In this document: piece by piece, positions 18,648 through 25,449 of the stretch
Layout of the letters: the number at the start of each line of letters is the position of its first letter
Numbering within the stretch: position 1 is the stretch's first letter
Translations under genes and position numbers: made by a program
Origin: Myxococcota bacterium
GTDB lineage: Bacteria; Myxococcota_C; UBA6777
DNA: 35,049 nt
Direction of reading: 5' to 3'
NCBI GenBank assembly: GCA_023150835.1
Contig: JAKLKB010000062.1
Location: 1 to 35,049, forward strand
Notes under the pieces: generated by a model
What the model was told of the DNA's origin: nothing
Databases searched by the model: none
What the model saw: the letters and a program-made list of their open reading frames with translations, nothing else

Positions 18648-20219
18648 TTAATAAAGGCGCGTGGTGTTGTGTGGTGTCGATGGAAGCGGTGGTGTGGAGT
18701 GGACGGCGGGGGACGACGATGGAGCGGGTGTGTGAGGGCGGGTGGCGGTGATCGCGGAGGGCGGGTGGTTGTGTTGGTGATGGAGGATAAAAAAGACGGT
18801 AGCGGCGAGGCTTGCGGCGAGGGTGATACCGAGGGCGGTGGTTCCGCCGATATTGGTGCGTGTCGAGGCATCGACAAGAGATTGATCGATCATGCCTGTT
18901 CCGCCCGATTGTTCGAGGGGAGTGCGGGCATCGCCGTACAATTTGTGAGAGACACCGTACAGCGTGCCTGTGGCGACGGCTCCTGCAAGCGTCACCCCAA
19001 GGGCAGCGTAAAAGGCCGTCAGATAGGGGGTGGGTCGTTTGAGTTGCGCGGGGTGAGTGAGCCAAGCGATGCCTTTGTTGGAGGCGGCAGCATAGGAAAG
19101 CAGGCGGCCTTGGAAGCGTTTCAGTCGGTGGGGTTTGCCTTGGTGGAGGTCGATCTGTTTGGATTGATAGCCGCCCTTGCTGCGGTAAATGATGGTGTAC
19201 GAACCCGCCTCAAGGCCAAGATGCACAGGCTCGCCGAGGCGTTTTTTGATCTCCGCAAGCAAAAGCTGTTTTTCAGGTTGGAGGACGTAGTAATGGCCTG
19301 CAAGAGCGGTATCCAAGATCAGGCGGGACGGGGCTTTTTGAGGGTAAGTCAAGATCACATGTCCATGCCCTCGAAAAGACTTGCGGAAGCTTGGGTGTTG
19401 TACACCGCTGGAGAGAAAAAGTGTGTGGGAGATGGTTTTTTGGTAGGTGTAGCTGTAGGCTTCTTCGAGCGTCACAAGGCCGTCTTGGTTGTGATCGGCA
19501 AGGCCACGCAGAGCCGAGATCAGATGGTGAGTAAAGATCGAGCCGCGAAGGCTTTCGAGTTCGTGGGCATCTTCGCCGATACCGCTGGCGGTGAGGATGG
19601 CCTCGCCTTGGAGGGGCGTTTGCCATGCGGAAGGAAGGGCGAAATGGCGCTTGATCCGCCGCGCTCCTTTCAGTCGGAGCATCTGGCCGCTTTGGCAGGT
19701 GTCGAGGATCAAGATGCGCAGGTGAGCCGACGAGCGCCGAAGGATCTCGCGCAGCGTCGGGTAGGCAAGAGCCTGAGAGCCGAGGTGAAGAGCGTGGGGG
19801 TCTGCGTGGCCTGAGTAATAAAACAGCAGGTGTGTGGGGTGGTTGGGATGTCGCTGTCGAAAGGCGCGGATGGCCGCGTCTGTTTGTGAGAGAGCCGCAA
19901 TCAGCGTTTGGGGATCGAGACCGATCAAGCGTTGTATCCGATGTTTTGGGATCCCTCCGATCTCACGCAAGGTTTGGGCCATGCGTAGCGTGTCGCTTTG
20001 GGCGTAGCGCAGCGGGCGATCGCTTGGGTAACCCAGATTGTTCCCCACCAGTACAGCAAAGACCGCAGGGCGTAAAACCCCATCCGTTGGGGACGAACGA
20101 TGTGTTAGCGGTTGGCTGTGTGCGAGCGAGTAGGCGAAGCCGATACCCCACAAGAGCATCCCACACAAAATCCACCGCGTCACACCGAGCAAAGGAAAAA
20201 AACGAAACAAGCGAGACAT
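18648..20219 (-). CDS. Caspase-family (peptidase C14) protein, exported, with C-terminal membrane segments
   Basis: AGGAG RBS before ATG 20219. N-terminal hydrophobic signal. AVLVGNN..LRYAQSD, catalytic His in YYSGHAD and Cys in ILDTCQSG, GSIFTHHLISALRGLAD..DGLVTLEEAY, QHP. Two C-terminal hydrophobic helices. Confidence 0.9.
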   Translation of the reverse strand: MSRLFRFFPLLGVTRWILCGMLLWGIGFAYSLAHSQPLTHRSSPTDGVLRPAVFAVLVGNNLGYPSDRPLRYAQSDTLRMAQTLREIGGIPKHRIQRLIGLDPQTLIAALSQTDAAIRAFRQRHPNHPTHLLFYYSGHADPHALHLGSQALAYPTLREILRRSSAHLRILILDTCQSGQMLRLKGARRIKRHFALPSAWQTPLQGEAILTASGIGEDAHELESLRGSIFTHHLISALRGLADHNQDGLVTLEEAYSYTYQKTISHTLFLSSGVQHPSFRKSFRGHGHVILTYPQKAPSRLILDTALAGHYYVLQPEKQLLLAEIKKRLGEPVHLGLEAGSYTIIYRSKGGYQSKQIDLHQGKPHRLKRFQGRLLSYAAASNKGIAWLTHPAQLKRPTPYLTAFYAALGVTLAGAVATGTLYGVSHKLYGDARTPLEQSGGTGMIDQSLVDASTRTNIGGTTALGITLAASLAATVFFILHHQHNHPPSAITATRPHTPAPSSSPAVHSTPPLPSTPHNTTRLY

Positions 20220-20435
20220 GGTGCGGCATCTCCTACGCCTTTTGGCAGAGAGTGGCTGCAAAAGGTTGATATCGGTGTATTCTTTGGCGGGGCGTGCGGG
20301 TGTGTCAACGCCCCTCCGCGATGCGTCGCCTGAGATCGCAACGGTCGCATCACCGAAAAGACGATCGGTTTTGTGGATCTTGGAAAAAGATTTCCCACAG
20401 AGGTCTGCTTTGTCGTCTTTGAGACAGCAGAGCGC

Positions 20436-20975
20436 GTGAGAGAGGTAGTCGCAGCCTTGGATGCACAAGAACTCGCAGATATCTACGAACGATACGGATA
20501 CATGGTGTTGCGTGTGTGCAGGGAAGTCCTGCGCGATGAACAAGAAGCCAAAGATGCCTTGCAAGAAACCTTCTTAAAGTTTTGGCGCTTTTCCGAACGT
20601 GCCGAAGAAGTCACCGAGATATCGGGCCTCTTGCGAAGAACGGCGCTGTCTTGTGCGATCGATGCGTTGCGTGCGCGTCAACGGCGTGGTCGGCATCGCG
20701 AAGCATGGCAAGAATTACGCACGTTGTTGGAGGAAGAGCGCCGTCTCGAACAAGGCCGCACGTACTCGCAAAAAGAAGTGATCACGTTGTTGTTCCAGTC
20801 TTTGCGTGTGGACGACGAGACCTTGCGGATGGCTTATCTGTATTATCTCGATGAGATGACGCTCGAAGAAGTAGCCCTCGAAACAGGCTTTTCTCGGCGC
20901 GCTGTCGGCATGAAATTAGAACGCTTCCGCGAACATGCCCAAAAATACTGCACCAATCACGGGATCTCTTTCTGA
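20436..20975 (+). CDS. ECF-type RNA polymerase sigma-70 factor
   Basis: Region 2 IYERYGYMVLRVC..EAKDALQETFLKFW..AIDALRARQRR and region 4 YYLDEMTLEEVALETGFSRRAV. The start is uncertain (GTG 20436 or TTG 20457). Confidence 0.9.
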   Translation: MREVVAALDAQELADIYERYGYMVLRVCREVLRDEQEAKDALQETFLKFWRFSERAEEVTEISGLLRRTALSCAIDALRARQRRGRHREAWQELRTLLEEERRLEQGRTYSQKEVITLLFQSLRVDDETLRMAYLYYLDEMTLEEVALETGFSRRAVGMKLERFREHAQKYCTNHGISF

Positions 20976-21145
20976 TGGGAGTTGCGCAGTTGGATGGTTT
21001 TTGTGGGGCGCTGCCCCAATCCCCGCAAGGGAGCGCGGCTCCCTTGACCCCGAAAGGGGCGAAGAGATCGATGGTTTTCCAGACGGACGACTCTGTCGCT
21101 TCAAGCGGCGCGAACACGGGGGGGGCTACAATCTGCGCCTCTCTG
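20976..21145 (+). mobile_element. MITE-like dispersed repeat, copy B (170 bp) between sigma and anti-sigma genes
   Basis: Left end TGGGAGTTGCGCAGTT, right end ATCTGCGCCTCTCTG (imperfect inverted repeat). Internal hairpins GGGGC-GCT-GCCCC, CAAGGGAGC-GCG-GCTCCCTTG and CCCC-GAAA-GGGG. Confidence 0.8.
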
Positions 21146-21197
21146 GTTGGAAAGGCTCTCTGAATGCCGCTCCTCTTTGGTTGGAAAGGATGGGTCG

Positions 21198-22394
21198 ATG
21201 ACGCCCAGCGTACGGGAATCTTTGGATAACACATCGGCGATCTCTGCGCATCCCTCGCGGCAAGCGTGGGATCGGTTTTGCCTCGAAGAAGCATCTGCCC
21301 AAGAACGCACCCGCCTCCAACTCCATCTTTCGGAATGTGCGCACTGCCAGTCCTCCATCCATCTGATCCGCTTAGAACAATCGGCGTTTGCACAATCCTT
21401 TCCTCGCCTTGCTTTTCTCCAAGCGATCTCCACCCAAACAACTCCCGCTGTCGAGATCCTCGAAGGATCCCGCAGCTTGAGCCTCGAAGGATCCCGCAAC
21501 TTGGGCCTCGAAGGATCCCGCAACTTGGGCCTCGAAGGCTCCCGCAGCTTGGGCCTCGAAGGCTCCCGCAACTTGGGCCTCGAAGGCTCCCGCAGCTTGG
21601 GCCTCGAACAAGTCTCTTTGGCGCGTACCGAAGAAGTCCCGTTGCGGCGTCAGGAAGTATTGGTTTCTGTCGGGCATGGTGGTTGGTTGGAGTGGCTTCG
21701 TTGGGGTGGTTGGTTGGGTTCGGTGGGGGCGTGTGGTTTGTTGTTGTTGTGGTTGGGGTCGGTGGGAGATCCCAAAGAGATCGGCAAGAGCGAGCCGTTG
21801 GGGTCCGAAGCTGCACCTTTCTCGGCAAAGAGGCCGATGGTTCGGCATGATGAAGTGTTGGGTCCAGAGGCTGAACCTTTCTCGGCAAAGAGGCCGATGG
21901 TTCGGCATGATGAAGTGTTGGGTCCAGAGGCTGAACCTTTCTCGGCAAAGAGGCCGATGGTTCGGCATGATGGGGAGCTTTGGCGGAAAAAAGGCGGGGG
22001 GCCGTTGTTGGAGGTCTTTTTGTCTCGCAAGGGGGTGCAAGCCTTGGTGCGATCGGGGGCCTCTTTTGAGGCAGGAGATCAGTTGGGCTTTTGCTATCAA
22101 GGGGCGGGGTATGGATTTTTGACGTTGGTGCTTGTGGATGCGAAAGGGTCGGTGTCATGGCTGTATCCGTCCTCGGCTGCACCAAGCATCCCCATCGCAG
22201 CCCAAGGCCGTCTACAAGATGCCGTGGAGTTGGATTCATCGCTTGGACGAGAGCGGATTATCGCCTTCTTTGCGGAGCGTCCCCTCCATGCCAAGCGGAT
22301 CCTCGCGGCGCTATCTTCCCCAAAGGAAGGCCCACAACAGCTTGCAACGGGTGAGCGAGTTTTTGTTCGCAGCTTTTTGTTGAAAAAGAAGTAG
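21198..22394 (+). CDS. Zinc-finger (zf-HC2) anti-sigma factor with TM segment and C-terminal DUF4384-like domain
   Basis: GAAAGGA RBS before ATG 21198. HLSECAHC (HxxxCxxC). TM GGWLGSVGACGLLLLWLG. RKKGG..FEAGDQLGFCY..FLTLVLVDAKGSVSWLYP..AVELDSSLGRERIIAFF is DUF4384-like. Confidence 0.82.
   Translation: MTPSVRESLDNTSAISAHPSRQAWDRFCLEEASAQERTRLQLHLSECAHCQSSIHLIRLEQSAFAQSFPRLAFLQAISTQTTPAVEILEGSRSLSLEGSRNLGLEGSRNLGLEGSRSLGLEGSRNLGLEGSRSLGLEQVSLARTEEVPLRRQEVLVSVGHGGWLEWLRWGGWLGSVGACGLLLLWLGSVGDPKEIGKSEPLGSEAAPFSAKRPMVRHDEVLGPEAEPFSAKRPMVRHDEVLGPEAEPFSAKRPMVRHDGELWRKKGGGPLLEVFLSRKGVQALVRSGASFEAGDQLGFCYQGAGYGFLTLVLVDAKGSVSWLYPSSAAPSIPIAAQGRLQDAVELDSSLGRERIIAFFAERPLHAKRILAALSSPKEGPQQLATGERVFVRSFLLKKK
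21458..21608 (+). repeat. In-frame 24-bp tandem repeat x6 (LEGSR[S/N]L[S/G])
   Basis: CCTCGAAGG(A/C)TCCCGCA(G/A)CTTG(A/G)G repeated six times plus a partial unit. Confidence 0.95.
21797..21972 (+). repeat. In-frame 60-bp tandem repeat x3 (LGPEAEPFSAKRPMVRHDEV)
   Basis: Lines 21841 and 21901 are identical; the first copy is slightly diverged. Confidence 0.95.
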
Positions 22395-22402
22395 ATCTGT
22401 TT

Positions 22403-25285
22403 TCAGCGGCGGAGGGGCCAAAAGCCCAGAAAAAACAACACCCACAAACTCCACCACAAAAAGGAGCCGATTGGAGAGGCATCCGAGGGGGCGTTGCAGC
22501 CGCATCCACCTTTGGGGAGCTCGGTCTCCTCGGCAGGTTCGGGGGTGTTTTCGGATGCGGTGTCTGCGGTGGTTTCGGGCATCGCATCCGAAGTCGTGGC
22601 GGTATCTGGCGAAGCATCGGCGATCGGCTCGGTGGTTGGGGTGCTTTCGGAGGGGGCGGTCTCCTTTGTGTCTTCGGTGGGGGTGGGTTCGGAGGGTTGG
22701 ATCGGTTCGGAGGTCGGGTCGGTGGCGCGGAGGGTGAGTGAAGCGGTGGCGGTGCGGCCACTTTCGGAGACGGCGATGACGGTGAGGGTGCGTTGTCCGA
22801 CTTGATCGAGAGTGATCTCTTCGGTGGGGGCGGTGCCGATGCGCTCGTTGCCGTCTTTTTCGTCGAGGTTCCAGAAGAATTCTTTGAGGACGACGTTGTT
22901 GAGGGCGGTCACTTTGAGCGATACACGAAAAGGGGCGGGGCCTTCGGTGGTTCCGTTGGAGGTTTCGAGCTTGATCTGTGGGGCGGTGGAAGCTTGCCAG
23001 AACTGGTAGGCTTCGGGCAAACGGAGCAAGCCTTTTCCCCACTGCGCTTCATCGGGGTTGCTTTGCCAAGTGACGGGCTGTGCGGTCTTTTGGAAGAGGG
23101 GGCGCACAAAGGCGGTGGGATCTTTTTGCAAGATCAGTGCGGCAGCGCCTGTTGCCATCGGCGTTGCCATGCTGGTTCCCCCCAATACAAAACCGCCGTT
23201 GAGCGTGTATCCTGCGAGTAGATCGCTGCATCCTTCGAGGTTGGGGTCTTGTTTGCAGTCCAAGACGAAGCGGGTGGCGGTGGACTCGATGCTGTGTCCC
23301 GGGGCCAAGAGGGTGACACCTGCCCGACCGTCACGAGTGGGGCCGCGACTGCTGAACCACGAAAGATCCACAGGCGACAAAAACTCTGAAGCAAAGAAAT
23401 AACCGCTGTCCAGATCGGCGGCGTTGTGCAGATCGTACGAACCGACCGCAAGCGCACCGCGTGAGGTGGCGGGACTTGAAAGCGTCCCTTGGACCGAGCC
23501 ATCGGGGTTTTGTGGAATCAGATCCAGAAACTCCCCATCTTCCGAAGAATTGTAGGCATGAAAGATCCCTGAGTCTGTGCCGCCTGTGCGGGTGATGCGA
23601 AAGGTGATGATCTCTTCTTGTTGGGGCTCGCTGTTCCATCGGAGGCTGACGGTGCTGTGTAAAAGCGTGGGGTTGTCGGGAAACACCTGTCCAGCCGCCC
23701 ATTCAAAGGTGAAGAGGCCGTTGTTGGCTTGTCGCGTTTGGCCCCACAACAAGGTCTCGCTGCGCCCGTTGCTTGAGAACGAGATCGCGTAGGTGTCAGC
23801 TTTGTCTGTGAAAAAATCGACCACGAGCGGGTACGAATCGGCTCCGTAAGGCGGGGTAGCTTGGATGCGTAGAGTGGTGCTTTGGTTTGGGCCGAGTTGG
23901 GCGGTTGCGTGGAGCGGAGAAGCCCCTTCGTTGCCGACAGCGGCGATCAGGTTTACTCCCGGGGCAACGGCTTGTTCGACCGCTTTGTCGTCAAGATGGG
24001 TTCCATCGTGCGCACCGAGATGACCCCCAAGGCTCATATTGACCACCACAGGGCGCTTGAGCGACTTGGCTTTGTCGAGGATATACGCAAGGGCTGTCAC
24101 GATATCGCTAAATCCTTTGACGATGATCAAGTCGGCAGCAGGGGCGATCCCGGGCTTGGAACCGCCACCCGCAGCGATCCCTGCGATGTGGGTCCCGTGA
24201 CCGTCGGTGTCAAAGCTGCGCACAGCGTTGCGATTGCACGAAGGAAGGGCTGCATCGATCTCTTGGCGGGTGTATTCGACGCCGTATCCGCTTTGTCCGA
24301 CGATGCTTGCCGGAGGAGAGCGCTCTCCTCGGCGGGGCGTGAGATCTTGATCCCACAACGACAGCACCCGTGAGCGGCCCTGTTGAACAAAATCGGCGTG
24401 GCACCAATCGATCCCTGTGTCGATGATGCCGATGATCACGCCGTTTCCGTCGAGGCTGTGGGCTTTTTTGAGTGTGTTTGCGCCGATCCCTGCGCGTCGT
24501 GGCGGTCGAGAACTGCTGATCGCACCGCCGCTGAGTTGGCTTGTGCTGAGGGGGATATCTTCGGAGGCCACGATCAAGGCGAAGGAGCCGCGCTTGTTGT
24601 CCTGAGAGGCTACACGCACAAACAGCGTGGTGGGTTGTGTGGTGCTGTGCGAAAGGCGGGCGTGCGAAATTGGCGACGGATGGGGGTCGCTGCTTCCACC
24701 ATTTCCGAAGGAGGGAAAGTCGCGGTCGAGGACGTTGGTGCAGTTGGTATCGGCGCACAGGCTGACGAGCGGTGTCCAAACAGGCCGTTGTTCTTCGCCA
24801 TCAGGGATCGCGAGGATCGTGAGCTTGCCCGCAACAGGAAGCACCAAGGCATAAGTCAGCGTAGGTGTCGATGCTGAAAGTGCCGCTGCATGGGTGATCA
24901 TGTTTGACATGGCGAGGCTTCGGCGTGGTTTGTGCCGTACAGCAGGAGAGATCCGCACGATGGCAGCATGACCGCGAAGTTGTCGCAATGCCCCCAACGT
25001 CGCACGCACCGCCACTACCGAACCGACACGCCCACCATACGAAAGCCCCTCGATCTTCGGGAGCGCGTACCCTTGTTTGAGTTCCATGATCAGCCGATAT
25101 CGGCCTTGGGCGTCTTTGCGCACCGTTGAACCCAACAATCCACCCCGCAGCAGCGATCGCAAGGCGATCCCCCACCCTTCGCTTTCTGTCTTCTCTCGCG
25201 GCGACGTGAGCAAGATCGATTCTTCCTTGAAGTTGCACCCCGCCAACAACACACTCCAACACAGCCATACTCTCCAATTCCACAT
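22403..25285 (-). CDS. S8 subtilisin-like serine protease with lipobox, PKD-like domain and MYXO-CTERM-like C-terminus
   Basis: AAGGAG RBS before ATG 25285, lipobox LLAGC. Catalytic IIDTG, GHGTHIAG and GTSMATP split by an insert. GPAPFRV..FFWNLD PKD-like domain, Glu/Pro/Thr linker, GGCGC..hydrophobic..LRR. Confidence 0.92.
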   Translation of the reverse strand: MWNWRVWLCWSVLLAGCNFKEESILLTSPREKTESEGWGIALRSLLRGGLLGSTVRKDAQGRYRLIMELKQGYALPKIEGLSYGGRVGSVVAVRATLGALRQLRGHAAIVRISPAVRHKPRRSLAMSNMITHAAALSASTPTLTYALVLPVAGKLTILAIPDGEEQRPVWTPLVSLCADTNCTNVLDRDFPSFGNGGSSDPHPSPISHARLSHSTTQPTTLFVRVASQDNKRGSFALIVASEDIPLSTSQLSGGAISSSRPPRRAGIGANTLKKAHSLDGNGVIIGIIDTGIDWCHADFVQQGRSRVLSLWDQDLTPRRGERSPPASIVGQSGYGVEYTRQEIDAALPSCNRNAVRSFDTDGHGTHIAGIAAGGGSKPGIAPAADLIIVKGFSDIVTALAYILDKAKSLKRPVVVNMSLGGHLGAHDGTHLDDKAVEQAVAPGVNLIAAVGNEGASPLHATAQLGPNQSTTLRIQATPPYGADSYPLVVDFFTDKADTYAISFSSNGRSETLLWGQTRQANNGLFTFEWAAGQVFPDNPTLLHSTVSLRWNSEPQQEEIITFRITRTGGTDSGIFHAYNSSEDGEFLDLIPQNPDGSVQGTLSSPATSRGALAVGSYDLHNAADLDSGYFFASEFLSPVDLSWFSSRGPTRDGRAGVTLLAPGHSIESTATRFVLDCKQDPNLEGCSDLLAGYTLNGGFVLGGTSMATPMATGAAALILQKDPTAFVRPLFQKTAQPVTWQSNPDEAQWGKGLLRLPEAYQFWQASTAPQIKLETSNGTTEGPAPFRVSLKVTALNNVVLKEFFWNLDEKDGNERIGTAPTEEITLDQVGQRTLTVIAVSESGRTATASLTLRATDPTSEPIQPSEPTPTEDTKETAPSESTPTTEPIADASPDTATTSDAMPETTADTASENTPEPAEETELPKGGCGCNAPSDASPIGSFLWWSLWVLFFLGFWPLRR

Positions 25286-25361
25286 CTTCAACCACTCCTT
25301 CACAAAAAACCCGTTCCGTTTTCGATAGGGTACGCAAAACCCCAACCCATGTCCACGTAAA

Positions 25362-25428
25362 ACACGGAAGACACGGAAGACACGGAAGACACGGAAGACA
25401 CGGAAGACACGGAAGACACGGAAGACAC
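25362..25428. repeat. Perfect 9-bp tandem array (ACACGGAAG)x7
   Basis: Directly visible. Intergenic, between the oxidoreductase stop and the subtilase start. Confidence 0.97.
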
Positions 25429-25449
25429 AAACGATGAAATGGCTTTTGG

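Noticed and set aside
20220-20435. ECF -35/-10 autoregulatory promoter
   Set aside because: No motif could be assigned with confidence by eye.
20976-21145. HDV-like ribozyme suggested by a hairpin followed by CGAA
   Set aside because: I could not find the P1/P2/P3 nested double-pseudoknot pairings in any copy, and the TIRs favour a MITE.
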